IMG/VR virus record: IMGVR_UViG_3300022660_000058
Reading direction: 5' to 3' (one strand)
Origin: an uncultured virus (IMG/VR IMGVR_UViG_3300022660_000058)
Taxonomy: Duplodnaviria; Heunggongvirae; Uroviricota; Caudoviricetes
DNA length: 58,614 nucleotides
Positions within the stretch are counted from its first letter, which is position 1. Every line of letters begins with the position of its first letter. The notes under the pieces are model-generated. The model saw nothing but the letters and a program-made list of their open reading frames with translations, was not told where the DNA came from and searched no databases. Below are positions 41,381-51,503 of this stretch, in pieces. The position numbers and the translations under genes are program-made.

Positions 41381-41764
41381 TTATTCTTTTTCCTTTAAAA
41401 CTTTAGGTATATAAAATCTCTTATTATGATATTGTTCTTGTCTCCTAACATCGCCCAATACCTGTGTAAGTTGCTTTATAACCTGCTTATTTTTTTGGTC
41501 ATTCAGGAACTTAATAATAGGCTCATATTCTTCAACTCTATCTTTGTAGTATCGTCTATCCTTACGATTCATAGCAAGCTTTGTAGCCACCTTATTTCTT
41601 TCTTCATATCTTAAATCATCAAGTTCAAGACTATGCAGGTAATCTTGTGTAAGCTGTTCCTGTCTTTTCATTTCAGCCAAGCAGAAATTATAAGATGATT
41701 CTACTGAAGATAAAAAGTTAAGAAATTCACTAATATATTCTGAAGGGTTTTTAGGGTCAATCAT
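41381..41764 (-). CDS. Hypothetical coiled-coil protein
   Basis: QDYLHSLEL..R.DRR..KD..Y.PKVL phage motif. Confidence 0.6.
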   Translation of the reverse strand: MIDPKNPSEYISEFLNFLSSVESSYNFCLAEMKRQEQLTQDYLHSLELDDLRYEERNKVATKLAMNRKDRRYYKDRVEEYEPIIKFLNDQKNKQVIKQLTQVLGDVRRQEQYHNKRFYIPKVLKEKE

Positions 41765-41797
41765 TTTGTTTCTCTCCTTAAAATTTAAATTTAATTT

Positions 41798-42175
41798 TTA
41801 AAAATATTCAGGCAACCAATCTGAATTTTCTTCACACCATTCCACAAAAGCTTGTTTCCTTTGGTTTTTATATTCTTCAGATTTTCGCTTTGATAATTCC
41901 ATATTATCTTGAATATATTGCCACATTAGTTTTTTAAGAGGGGGTGGCATTTTAATACCAGTATTACGATTTATAATTATTCCTGCCTTTAATTGTTTTT
42001 CAGTTGCAATCAAATATTGTGGCATCTCCCACTTACCATTGGTAAATCTAATAAGACAATCTTGACACCAATATTCTTCGTGTAATAAATCAGGATAATC
42101 CAAATCCCAACCACCAATACTATAATACTCATATGAATTATCTCTCATTTCTTTATTGCAATTAGGACATTTCAT
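41798..42175 (-). CDS. Zn-ribbon hypothetical protein
   Basis: CPNC and CQDC. Confidence 0.55.
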   Translation of the reverse strand: MKCPNCNKEMRDNSYEYYSIGGWDLDYPDLLHEEYWCQDCLIRFTNGKWEMPQYLIATEKQLKAGIIINRNTGIKMPPPLKKLMWQYIQDNMELSKRKSEEYKNQRKQAFVEWCEENSDWLPEYF

Positions 42176-42187
42176 ATTTTGTACCTC

Positions 42188-43111
42188 TTAATGTGCGTTC
42201 TTATCTGCTTCGTGAAGTAACATTATATCCTTATATAAATCCTCACCCCAAAGTTTACGATATTTGTTTAATGTTTTTTCTTCTTTAATAAAATACGGTT
42301 GCATATGCCAACGAATAAGAGTTGCAACAGTTAACGAGCTTATATCATCAGTTCCCCAAAAGAAACTATTATATGAACCTGTATACTGATGGTCGTAATA
42401 GTGTGCCTCTTTAGTGGTTTCACCTTTTGTGTTTTTAAATGTTTTACAGAAAGGTTTGCCACAATCGTGTAACATTGTAGCACATCTTAATGCAACATTA
42501 TGAAGCTCATAATCCTTTTGATGTGTAGAAACATAATCCCAAGCTTTATTACAATGTTCACCAAGAGTTAATTGATGATGTGAGTTATGTTGGTCATCAA
42601 ATTTATAATGATTTAAGAAACCATAAGGTGTACCATAATATTTTTTATGTGTTTCATCAATATAAATAACTTCAATATCATCCCAACCCTCATACCAATA
42701 AGGCACATCGAAATGTCTATACATTCTTTCAATAACCTCTTCGGGAACTTTTCTATCTCTATAAAATCTGTTATTCTTTAAACACACTTCGTAAGGTGTA
42801 GCCATAAAAATACAAATCTTTTCACAAGGAATTTTATTAAGTTCATTTAAGAAAGCCATACGGCGTTTATAGTTAATATTGGTTGCATCATATATACAAT
42901 TTTTACCGTTTGTTAAATCCTCTTTAACACGGCTATGTAAGGTTTTAAATACCAAATCATTAATATTCTGATTGTTAATATTTCCCGACAGCTCTTCTCT
43001 AATAGCATCACTTGCGTGAATATTGGCATCGTATTTGTCGGCAAGCTCTTTAGCATAGGTTGATTTACCGCTTGCAGGTAAACCTACGAGCATAATAAAT
43101 GTAGGTGTCAT
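42188..43111 (-). CDS. Polynucleotide kinase-like P-loop domain fused to an HD domain
   Basis: MLVGLPASGKST, SD.IR, YDATN..RR; C-terminal Q...HH..TL.EH, LHDCGK, H..HM..LH.AD. Confidence 0.82.
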   Translation of the reverse strand: MTPTFIMLVGLPASGKSTYAKELADKYDANIHASDAIREELSGNINNQNINDLVFKTLHSRVKEDLTNGKNCIYDATNINYKRRMAFLNELNKIPCEKICIFMATPYEVCLKNNRFYRDRKVPEEVIERMYRHFDVPYWYEGWDDIEVIYIDETHKKYYGTPYGFLNHYKFDDQHNSHHQLTLGEHCNKAWDYVSTHQKDYELHNVALRCATMLHDCGKPFCKTFKNTKGETTKEAHYYDHQYTGSYNSFFWGTDDISSLTVATLIRWHMQPYFIKEEKTLNKYRKLWGEDLYKDIMLLHEADKNAH

Positions 43112-43113
43112 AT

Positions 43114-43320
43114 TTAACCTTCTTTCTTAAATACATTTTCAAATTGTTCTGTATATATGACAATGATTCTACTGTCATATTCACCACTTCTTATCTTTTT
43201 CCAAACTTCTTTTTCAGAGATAGCGTTTTTATTAAATATGGCTGTCTTTTCTACTTCGTAAGAACCGCCTACTGTTTCAGTAAAATCCATTCTCATAATA
43301 TCTTCTAATATCCAAGTCAT
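43114..43320 (-). CDS. Hypothetical protein
   Basis: Short ORF in the operon. Confidence 0.5.
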   Translation of the reverse strand: MTWILEDIMRMDFTETVGGSYEVEKTAIFNKNAISEKEVWKKIRSGEYDSRIIVIYTEQFENVFKKEG

Positions 43321-43323
43321 ATC

Positions 43324-44130
43324 TTACTCTCCAATCTCTTTTTTAAATGAAAATTTTAAAACTTCAATAAGAACATTATTCATAATATCCTCAACCTCTG
43401 TATCAATAACAACAGGGTTCTTATCCATATAGTCTTGCTTTGTAAGCTTAACAAGACATTCAACATTCTTTGCTATCTGCCTTGCCTCTTCTAACGAATG
43501 GATATATTCAGATTTAACATTGATTAAATACTGAGGATTAGTAGGAATAAGACATTCTTCATAAGGTACACCGTTGATATATCTTCTTAAAAATTCTTCA
43601 CATCTTAAAATATGATGAAGCTGTTTATTGTCATATCCGTACTTCTCAATCTTATCTTTAAGTGTAGGATAAGGATGTTCCATTGCTTTATGTTTTTCAA
43701 ATACCATACCTGCAATACAGTTTACAGAAGCATAATTATTATAATGAGCAATACGCTCTCTATTATCAAACATAGGCTGATAAATTTCTTTGTAATCAAC
43801 ATTTAAACATCTATACTTGGTAAACAAGATTTCAATAAAATTGATGTTCTGCTTGCGGAAACATTCGTGCATAAGCCTAATATCTTTTAAATCAATATGT
43901 TCATTTGAAGGAAGAATTAAGGTTGTACTTACAGGCTTACGGTTAAGCACAAAATCTTCAAATGACGGAATAATAATTGCTTTAGTATCAATATCACTAC
44001 CCTCATAATCAAGATTATAGTTCTGAGAGCCTTGCAGAAATACACCAAGCACATTATAACCAAGACTTTTAACATATTTATAATCATCAAAAAGTCTCCA
44101 ATTTATTTTTGTCTCTCGTTCTAATGTCAT
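43324..44130 (-). CDS. Pol-beta-superfamily nucleotidyltransferase
   Basis: LQGSQNYNL...SDIDTK (GS..DxD), KQNINFIEIL, YD.KQL.H.LR. Confidence 0.8.
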   Translation of the reverse strand: MTLERETKINWRLFDDYKYVKSLGYNVLGVFLQGSQNYNLDYEGSDIDTKAIIIPSFEDFVLNRKPVSTTLILPSNEHIDLKDIRLMHECFRKQNINFIEILFTKYRCLNVDYKEIYQPMFDNRERIAHYNNYASVNCIAGMVFEKHKAMEHPYPTLKDKIEKYGYDNKQLHHILRCEEFLRRYINGVPYEECLIPTNPQYLINVKSEYIHSLEEARQIAKNVECLVKLTKQDYMDKNPVVIDTEVEDIMNNVLIEVLKFSFKKEIGE

Positions 44131-44164
44131 ATCGTTAACTCCTTTGTTTCATATTACATTTATT

Positions 44165-44193
44165 ATTATAATATTATTTTATTCATTTGTCAA
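44165..44193 (-). promoter_or_regulatory. Conserved phage sigma-A-type promoter
   Basis: TTGACA-17-TATAAT with AAAATAATAT spacer. Confidence 0.85.
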
Positions 44194-44289
44194 GATATGT
44201 CAGTCATATTCTACCTTTTGCATAAAAATAATAAAAGAAACAATATGATATTTGTGCAATTTGTACATCAATATTGTTTCTTTAATTTA

Positions 44290-44490
44290 TTATTCAACTA
44301 CTATTAATCTTTCCTTAATACAATCAATGCAAAGTTCTTCGCTCTCAAATTCATAAAGCTCGTCTACTTCGTCTTTGCACTCATCACAGATATATACTCT
44401 TTGATTTTGTAACGGACAGTTGTTACCAAGGCAAGGATATGCAGGAACGGCACAGTCGCAACATTCATTTCTTATTTCAATCATTATCAC
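44290..44490 (-). CDS. Cys-rich Zn-finger hypothetical protein
   Basis: CCDC..C...CP, CDEC, CIDC. Confidence 0.55.
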   Translation of the reverse strand: MIMIEIRNECCDCAVPAYPCLGNNCPLQNQRVYICDECKDEVDELYEFESEELCIDCIKERLIVVE

Positions 44491-45020
44491 ACTCTCCTAA
44501 AAATACTATCATTTGCAGGTTGAAAATCTTCCATCCATTCTCTATGTATCACATTAAATCCTTGTGTTTTTTCTGTATATAAATTGTCAAATACATAAAG
44601 TCGGTTACTTGCTAATTGACAAATATCTTTTCTATCCTTAATACCATCAAACACTAACGCATCTGCTTTTGTTTTTATTGATATACTTATACCGTCAATA
44701 TCTCTTATGGTGTTGTACTGTAGATATTTAGCAAGTTCCACAGCATTTGTATAAACATAAATGTTTTTGATATTCTTATATTTATGTTTATAATATGTGG
44801 CAATTTCACAAGGATTTGTAAAAGCAAAAGGTTCTCCACCTGTTAAGCAAAGTGTTTCAGCTTCTTTTAATTCCTCATCGGTCACATAGGGTATATCGTT
44901 TAAATCATATTGCTTATTACAACAATGTTTACAACTTCTACTACATAAAGATGTTACCATTATGTGAATTATTTTTTTGGTGATTTCAGTTTTTTCATTC
45001 AATTTTGTTCTCTGTGTCAT
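44487..45020 (-). CDS. Short radical SAM protein
   Basis: CSRSCKHC (CxxxCxxC), LTGGEP, YTNA. Confidence 0.8.
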   Translation of the reverse strand: MTQRTKLNEKTEITKKIIHIMVTSLCSRSCKHCCNKQYDLNDIPYVTDEELKEAETLCLTGGEPFAFTNPCEIATYYKHKYKNIKNIYVYTNAVELAKYLQYNTIRDIDGISISIKTKADALVFDGIKDRKDICQLASNRLYVFDNLYTEKTQGFNVIHREWMEDFQPANDSIFRRV

Positions 45021-45026
45021 ACTAAA

Positions 45027-45362
45027 TCACCCACCATTTCTTTTACTTTGAATTTCTATAAGAAGCTCTTCCACATTATCTCGCCATTGGTCAGCTAAAT
45101 TTTGTTTTTCGGCTACCAAATCTTCTAACCTCTCAATCTCTGCCTTTTGGTGGTTGAATACATTGAAAACCTCTCGTTCTAAATCAAATCCTTTTGTTCT
45201 TATAATACATTCATCTTCAATTTGACAAGGACAATTATCACATCCACCAAAGTCACTTATATTACAACAAGCATAAGCCTGAATAATCTGTTCATCTGTC
45301 ATTCTTGGTGTATCATTATCAATATGACCGTCAATTAAACTTACACTACCCATTATCAACAC
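45027..45362 (-). CDS. Hypothetical protein
   Basis: Cys cluster and QKAEIERL coiled coil. Confidence 0.55.
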   Translation of the reverse strand: MLIMGSVSLIDGHIDNDTPRMTDEQIIQAYACCNISDFGGCDNCPCQIEDECIIRTKGFDLEREVFNVFNHQKAEIERLEDLVAEKQNLADQWRDNVEELLIEIQSKRNGG

Positions 45363-45513
45363 CTTCTTTCTTATTACCTACATACTTTTCTTTTTGTTGC
45401 TGTTTGCTTAATTTACGATTAAGTATTCGGTCAACTCTTGTTTCACCGTATTTATCGGGACAGTATTCTCTTTGTTCATAACGCTCACGAAGCTTAAAAT
45501 CAAGGTCTTTCAT
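45346..45513 (-). CDS. Hypothetical small protein
   Basis: Overlaps its neighbours; likely start MKDLDF. Confidence 0.4.
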   Translation of the reverse strand: MKDLDFKLRERYEQREYCPDKYGETRVDRILNRKLSKQQQKEKYVGNKKEGVDNG

Positions 45514-45919
45514 TAGCACCATCCATTTTTGCACCACAGTTAGGGCAGTAGTTCATTCCTACTTCGTCGAGATTAGCAACTGCAAAACTACATAAGTTAC
45601 ATCTATATGCCTTATCACCTATTAGCGTATATCCAAAGTAATGCCACTCACCGTGTCTAACCTCAACCATATCAACACTCTCAATCGTTTCAATAACCTT
45701 TACAGCTTTAATTTTACCGCTTTCAAGAAGCTCTTCCCCTCTATACCAAGATTTACGGAAAGAGGCTTCTGCTTTATTCTTGCCAAGATATGTCTTGATA
45801 GCTGTATTACCAATGTTGTCTATGGGTTTAAATTCATAGTTTCTTGCTAAACCACAGAATATATCGGTATCGTCACGAATAATTACCCATCGTTCTCTTG
45901 ATATTTTCATAATTATCAC
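45500..45919 (-). CDS. Hypothetical protein with C-terminal Zn ribbon
   Basis: VRHGEW..CNLC..YCPNCGAKMD. Confidence 0.6.
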   Translation of the reverse strand: MIIMKISRERWVIIRDDTDIFCGLARNYEFKPIDNIGNTAIKTYLGKNKAEASFRKSWYRGEELLESGKIKAVKVIETIESVDMVEVRHGEWHYFGYTLIGDKAYRCNLCSFAVANLDEVGMNYCPNCGAKMDGANERP

Positions 45920-45922
45920 CCC

Positions 45923-46321
45923 TTATTCAATAAAAGGTAGATTCATATAAATATCACTCGGCACATTATTTTTCCAAACATAGTTATTTTTAATAATATA
46001 ATTATTGTAAGTAGAAGCTGTCTTATTAGCTCTCATTTTTGCCTGTTCAGCCCAAGACTGCTTTTCTTCATTATCACTATCTTTATACTGCTCGTAGGTC
46101 ATCTTGTCAGAGTTATAACTTGAAATCATAGAACGACAAGTATCTTCAACCTTTTTACGAGTTTCATAATTGGTGTTATCATCTGCTACCTGAACAGCGT
46201 GAAACCAAGTATTCCACATTGCCTTGCCTGTCGGTGTTGCATTAAAGAATATAGACGAACCGACAAGAGCCACAAGAACAAGTGTAAGTATAACTGCACC
46301 AATCTTATTCATTTGTTGCAC
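45923..46321 (-). CDS. Membrane-anchored hypothetical protein
   Basis: N-terminal TM helix; coupled to the lipoprotein gene. Confidence 0.6.
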   Translation of the reverse strand: MQQMNKIGAVILTLVLVALVGSSIFFNATPTGKAMWNTWFHAVQVADDNTNYETRKKVEDTCRSMISSYNSDKMTYEQYKDSDNEEKQSWAEQAKMRANKTASTYNNYIIKNNYVWKNNVPSDIYMNLPFIE

Positions 46322-46868
46322 CTACCTTTAATACAGGATTTTCAACCTCAAAGGGAATATCTGAATAGAGATAAGTTCCTGTCCATTCGATATACTTACC
46401 GTCAGGTGTAAAGAAGAAAATACCTGCATCATTTTCACCGTATGAACCGTCAACATCGGAAAGCCATTCATTGTAATATGTGCTTGTTGCACCTGTGGCT
46501 ATTTCGTAATATTCAGTATCAGGTGTAAGAAACGAATTAAGACTTGACACCTTACCGTCAACTACAAAATTGCTTATAACCGCACCACTTTCACCAAAAA
46601 GAACGATATAACCTAAAGGCTTTTCTACTTCACAAGGCAGTGCATTTGCCTTTTCTCTCTGTCCATTTACCCAATATGCTCTACGGATAAGATTATATCT
46701 TTCAAGAGAATAATTAATATCTGTAGGGGTGGGCTGATTTGTTGAAAGCTTGTCAGCTATTGCGATTGTTGATTCCTTATCGTCTCTTCTGCCCGAAACT
46801 GAATCGCAAGCTACAAAACAGAATGATACCATAATTGCTACTAATACTACTGCGATAATCTTTTTCAT
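46305..46868 (-). CDS. Putative lipoprotein
   Basis: MKK plus hydrophobic stretch plus VAC lipobox; KVSSLNSFLTP..DGSYG..GIFFFT. Confidence 0.7.
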   Translation of the reverse strand: MKKIIAVVLVAIMVSFCFVACDSVSGRRDDKESTIAIADKLSTNQPTPTDINYSLERYNLIRRAYWVNGQREKANALPCEVEKPLGYIVLFGESGAVISNFVVDGKVSSLNSFLTPDTEYYEIATGATSTYYNEWLSDVDGSYGENDAGIFFFTPDGKYIEWTGTYLYSDIPFEVENPVLKVGATNE

Positions 46869-46906
46869 TATTAATTCCTCCAATATTTTAAATTTAAATT
46901 TTAATT

Positions 46907-47530
46907 TTAGTTCATTAATGTCTTATACTGATTAAGCATTTCTTTGAGTTCAGGACTCTTTTCAGCCATCATTTCATACAGAGCAAGTTCCTGCATTTCC
47001 TTCATCTTTTTGTCCATCTCACTCTTCAGCTTCTTAGCTTCTTCTCTGTTCTTCTTACGCTGTTCAAAGTAATAAAAGTTAATAGGAGAAATAATTTCCT
47101 TAGTTATCTCAACACCGTCATATTCGTCTTTGTTAATAATTTCAATCACTTTACCGACACTATATCCGTGTGCTGTATCACAAAGTACATATTCATCTAC
47201 ACTGATATAATCTTCAAACAGTGCAAAAGCATACTTCTTATCTGTGTTTGTTCCCTGTACAAATTTAACCATTGCTACTCTATAATTTCCTGTAATCATT
47301 TCGTTGTCTCCTTTATCTGTAATATTATTTTCTTCGTTATATAACTTTAAAGAGTTTGCATTATAAGTTCTTTTAAGTCCACCATTAAACTTTACGGTGA
47401 TGTAAGTATCATTGCTCCAATAACCCTTGCTAATGTTATCAACCACGCCTACCCATCCGCTTGTTTGACATTGGCTTGTAACAAGAACTTTATCACCTAT
47501 TTGAAATGTCTTAATATACATTTTTCCCAT
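46907..47530 (-). CDS. Hypothetical protein
   Basis: N-terminal SH3/KOW-like F.IGDKV segment and C-terminal coiled coil. Confidence 0.55.
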   Translation of the reverse strand: MGKMYIKTFQIGDKVLVTSQCQTSGWVGVVDNISKGYWSNDTYITVKFNGGLKRTYNANSLKLYNEENNITDKGDNEMITGNYRVAMVKFVQGTNTDKKYAFALFEDYISVDEYVLCDTAHGYSVGKVIEIINKDEYDGVEITKEIISPINFYYFEQRKKNREEAKKLKSEMDKKMKEMQELALYEMMAEKSPELKEMLNQYKTLMN

Positions 47531-47536
47531 TACACA

Positions 47537-49006
47537 TTACTCACTTTCTACAATTTCCTGTGCCTCTTCCATATCGGCTTCAGTAGCACTATCCTTTACA
47601 ATTCCTTCGAGAACCTTAAAGGTGAAATTCTTATGCTTATAAGCAGTAAACTTAGGTCTGTTTTCAATTCTTACAACTACACCCTCACGCCAATGGGTCT
47701 TGCCAATGGGGTCAACACCATCATAATAATATTCTGCTATATCTTTTACAAATTCGCCAGCTTCTATGGTAATGGGTTCACCCATATCTGTATAAAATAC
47801 ATCATTAGGAATAATAAATCTTTTAAGCATAGGTACAACCTTAACACCCATCTGTTCACAACGATACTTCATATAATCATAAGGGTATTCAACTACCTCA
47901 CCATCTTCATTGGTCATAGTCATACGATATACATAAATATCTGACTGAGGTTCACAACGACCAAGATTATATCCACCATTCTTATCGTTCCAACCATTAG
48001 GTTCACAACCATAACTAAATATAGTTTCATCACCATACTTCTTAACAAATTCCTTATCGTTAAGCTTCTTATTACTTACCGTAGGCATAATAGGTGTGCC
48101 TGTATCTGTAAATCCAACTACCTCATAGAATACCTCTTCGCCCTTATGTAACTTGCCTACAAACTTATTGTGGTGCTGTTCTCTAAATGAGTTATTACCA
48201 TAATAGCCACCGTCATAGCTTTCAAGAACAGTTCTTCTTGTACCTGATACATAATCCCAATCGTAAATAGGAGTTGCTCGCTTTATAATCCAATCATAGA
48301 TTTTAGTATCCCAAGGCATCATTTTGCCACCATTCTGTTCTTCGTACTTCTTAGCTCCCTCTGTAAACCACTTTTCAAAAGGAGTCTTGTATTTATAACC
48401 CTTAAATACAGGCAGATAACCTGTTCTCTGTGAAGTACCGTGTAGCTTCAGTGTAATTTCAACAATGTCTCCTGCCTTAAAAGCGTGTAGATTATATGCA
48501 AGCTGTGCAGTGTCAATATGCTCTTCAAAATAAGGAGAGATAACCACTTTCCTTCTCTTGTTTGAGTTGCCTGTTGAATAACTATTGCTTCTATGATTTG
48601 TCTTAGGAATATACTTTTCACAAATCAGTACACCATTAAGAGTTGTAATTGTATCACCCTCATTAAGTGTCTTAATATCAACATAATCAGCAAGGCTTTC
48701 AAGTGGCATAAACAAACCGTCTGACTGTTCACCACGAAGCTTCAGAGCCTTAATGTTCCTCTTTTCGGGGTCAAGATAACCACCAACATTATTACCATTT
48801 TCGTCTTTTCTTCGTACAAGATTATGCTTATTTGCAAAGTCCTCACTGAGCTTACCATCTACAGGGAAATATACACCTAACTGATTTTCGGTATAATCAA
48901 GGCTTACAATAACATTGTTACCAAAACATTCACCACAAAGCAAACGGTCAGCGTTGTGATGGGGTCTTACATTTCTTAATCTTGTAATATATCCACAATA
49001 TGCCAT
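47537..49006 (-). CDS. RNA ligase (Rnl2/DRB0094-like) with N-terminal OB-fold domain
   Basis: N-terminal V.PH.NADRL..VYFP.D..KLRGEQSDGL; nucleotidyltransferase motif I TLKLHGTS, FYEVVG, EGVVVR, K.KN..FK. Confidence 0.78.
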   Translation of the reverse strand: MAYCGYITRLRNVRPHHNADRLLCGECFGNNVIVSLDYTENQLGVYFPVDGKLSEDFANKHNLVRRKDENGNNVGGYLDPEKRNIKALKLRGEQSDGLFMPLESLADYVDIKTLNEGDTITTLNGVLICEKYIPKTNHRSNSYSTGNSNKRRKVVISPYFEEHIDTAQLAYNLHAFKAGDIVEITLKLHGTSQRTGYLPVFKGYKYKTPFEKWFTEGAKKYEEQNGGKMMPWDTKIYDWIIKRATPIYDWDYVSGTRRTVLESYDGGYYGNNSFREQHHNKFVGKLHKGEEVFYEVVGFTDTGTPIMPTVSNKKLNDKEFVKKYGDETIFSYGCEPNGWNDKNGGYNLGRCEPQSDIYVYRMTMTNEDGEVVEYPYDYMKYRCEQMGVKVVPMLKRFIIPNDVFYTDMGEPITIEAGEFVKDIAEYYYDGVDPIGKTHWREGVVVRIENRPKFTAYKHKNFTFKVLEGIVKDSATEADMEEAQEIVESE

Positions 49007-49038
49007 TATTTTATCTCCTATCTTTTTAAAATTTAATT

Positions 49039-49548
49039 TTAATTTTCTGAAACAATTTCTACTTTATAGCCAAGTTCTTTTTCGATTTCGGCTACTGTCA
49101 TTTTCTTAACAGGTTCTTTGGGTCGTTCCCAAATAAGAGTGAGGTTTTTATCGTCAAAATAAGAGCTTAAAGATAAAGCCTTTGATGTATATACTTTATT
49201 AATAGTTGATTCATTATAACGACATTCGAGCGTATCTGTGTAAGCACTCACCGCTGTATAACAATGTGTACCCCTAAAAGCACCATTTATTAGCACTTTT
49301 CTTTTACCATTACTACACTCAACCACCATACCGTCTTTAAGGTCTGACTTGGTAAAAGGTGCTAATTCAAGTTCATCGTCACTCCACCACCAAGGATTTC
49401 GTGGAAAATTATAAGAGTAATTATCATTTTCTCGTATTGCTACAATGGTAAAAATTTGTCCAATGTATTGTGCTTTTGGTAGATAGTCACTTGCTTTTAA
49501 AGGTAATGATTTAACAATTCTAACCCTATCTCCAATTTTAAATTTCAT
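49039..49548 (-). CDS. Hypothetical protein
   Basis: KFKIGDRV start, FTKSDLKDGMVV, MTVAEIEKELGY C-terminus. Confidence 0.6.
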   Translation of the reverse strand: MKFKIGDRVRIVKSLPLKASDYLPKAQYIGQIFTIVAIRENDNYSYNFPRNPWWWSDDELELAPFTKSDLKDGMVVECSNGKRKVLINGAFRGTHCYTAVSAYTDTLECRYNESTINKVYTSKALSLSSYFDDKNLTLIWERPKEPVKKMTVAEIEKELGYKVEIVSEN

Positions 49549-49599
49549 TTTTAATTCTTCCTTTCCGTATTTGTTATTTCTTTCCTTAACTGTATCTTT

Positions 49600-49628
49600 A
49601 TTATAATATTATTTTGTTGATTTGTCAA
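49600..49628 (-). promoter_or_regulatory. Conserved phage sigma-A-type promoter
   Basis: TTGACA-17-TATAAT with AAAATAATAT spacer. Confidence 0.85.
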
Positions 49629-49738
49629 TGGTTTCGGGTGATTTTTTACAGGTTTTACCATTTGCACAAAAATAAAAAGAATGATAATTTAATTTTGTAT
49701 AATATGTACATACTAATTAAATATCATTCCTTTTTGTT

Positions 49739-49921
49739 TTATTCTTGTTCTTTTTGACTTTGTATATATCTTGCCCAATTTTCCATAGCCTCATCTGTTC
49801 CACATTGAGAGCATATGTTTGTTTTATTGTCGGTTCTTGATAACGCAGGATAATCCGTCACAGTTTTACCACACCTCGGACATTCCCAAGGTAAAATATT
49901 TCCGTTAGCATCTCTTTCCAT
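49739..49921 (-). CDS. Small Zn-finger protein
   Basis: CPRCG..PALSR.DN.T.ICSQCG..EA. Confidence 0.7.
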   Translation of the reverse strand: MERDANGNILPWECPRCGKTVTDYPALSRTDNKTNICSQCGTDEAMENWARYIQSQKEQE

Positions 49922-49981
49922 TGTAATACCTCCGTTAAGGTTTATTGGTTAAATAATGGTTAATTAAATTATAACAAATAA

Positions 49982-51487
49982 TCAATACTCAGGCAAGATG
50001 CTACAATACCCTACTTCCTTATAATAGTTCGTGGCATAATCTACCTCGGCTACAATCTGATAACCATTAGCCTCACCAAATCTATTTTTGGTTACAAAAA
50101 AGATTAAATAATTTTTTTCAGGGTCAAGTTTAAATGGTATCTTTGTTCGTTTACCCTCTATACGGAAACACTTGATACTATTCTTTTCTTCACCCTTTTC
50201 ATCTTCAAGCACAAGTCTTGAAAGCATAACACAGCTCATAGTGTCGATAATATTTTTAGACATACCAATGGAAAAGTTGGTTAAATATCTTTGAACAAGT
50301 GCCTGTTTGCCAAGCTGTGCAGTAACAAACAAAGCAACATTCTTTACCTTGGGTTTGATAACATCATACAATTTAACCATATCAGTCTGTAATGAGAGCC
50401 AACTGTTTTCGGATTTAGCATCATTACCTAACTTTAAGGTATCAAGTACGAAATACTTACACCCCATAGAACTATACTTTTTGATAAGTTTAATAGCAAT
50501 ATCAACATTATAACTCTCTAATGGTGCGATAATAATAGTGTTTTTATCTTTAAGCTCTTGGATTTTTTCAGCACTCTTATATAATAGTTCTTTGGTCTGC
50601 TCATCAAATCCACCATTCCTGAGTTGTGTCTTTGTGATATGACCACCCAAAACATAATTTGCATAAAATACCAACAACTCTTTTTGAACTCTTGTTTCAT
50701 CCTCTTCGTTGATAATCATACAAATCTTTTCATCTTGGTCGATAATACTCGGTAATAACCATCTACAAGCAAGAAATGATTTACCACCACCTGAAGCCAT
50801 AGATAACATATAAATATGACCTTGCTGTATACCTGCAATTTGGTTGGATAAAATCTCTGAACCATACATAGACATACCAAAGGTTTCACCCTTATCCATT
50901 TTATCAATTAACTCAAAAATACCGTCTGCAACATTATATGTCTTTATGTTTGTTTCAGCATTAAGGAAGGTGTGATTAAGCAGAGCATCGTAATATTGGT
51001 ATATTTCTTCAAGTGACATATCCATATATTTTGAGAAATTCTGAGCCACAGGAAAGCCTAAATCATTCATTTGTTTTAGTGTCTTAAATTTATGCAAATC
51101 TCTAAGGTAGCCATCTATATTAGATACATCAACATATTCAGTTGCTTGTTGAATGGTATTATAACCACCATATTCTTCGTACTTTTCGTGTAGCTTACTA
51201 TGTTTTTGGAGATAGAAGCCAACCGTTAATTCGTCAAGAGTATTCTTTTGTTCATCAAGAATAATCTGTCTACCTATTTCAAAATAAACTTTCCATACAT
51301 TACTTTGGAAATCACTTAATGCAATATTGTCATAAGTACGATATAACTCAGGGTTCTTCCATAAAATAGCACATACATTTGCTTCGGATGATAAAGAGTT
51401 TTCAGCAATTTTTTTATTAACTTTCTCACAAGCTTTTTCCCAAGCTGTTTGTGTTACAGTTTTAGTTTCTTTTTTTGTCTTTGGCAT
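49982..51487 (-). CDS. DnaB-like replicative helicase
   Basis: ASGGGKS Walker A, INEE, FVLDTLK, TAQL, KNRFG. Confidence 0.82.
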   Translation of the reverse strand: MPKTKKETKTVTQTAWEKACEKVNKKIAENSLSSEANVCAILWKNPELYRTYDNIALSDFQSNVWKVYFEIGRQIILDEQKNTLDELTVGFYLQKHSKLHEKYEEYGGYNTIQQATEYVDVSNIDGYLRDLHKFKTLKQMNDLGFPVAQNFSKYMDMSLEEIYQYYDALLNHTFLNAETNIKTYNVADGIFELIDKMDKGETFGMSMYGSEILSNQIAGIQQGHIYMLSMASGGGKSFLACRWLLPSIIDQDEKICMIINEEDETRVQKELLVFYANYVLGGHITKTQLRNGGFDEQTKELLYKSAEKIQELKDKNTIIIAPLESYNVDIAIKLIKKYSSMGCKYFVLDTLKLGNDAKSENSWLSLQTDMVKLYDVIKPKVKNVALFVTAQLGKQALVQRYLTNFSIGMSKNIIDTMSCVMLSRLVLEDEKGEEKNSIKCFRIEGKRTKIPFKLDPEKNYLIFFVTKNRFGEANGYQIVAEVDYATNYYKEVGYCSILPEY

Positions 51488-51503
51488 TTATCCACCTCTC
51501 TCT

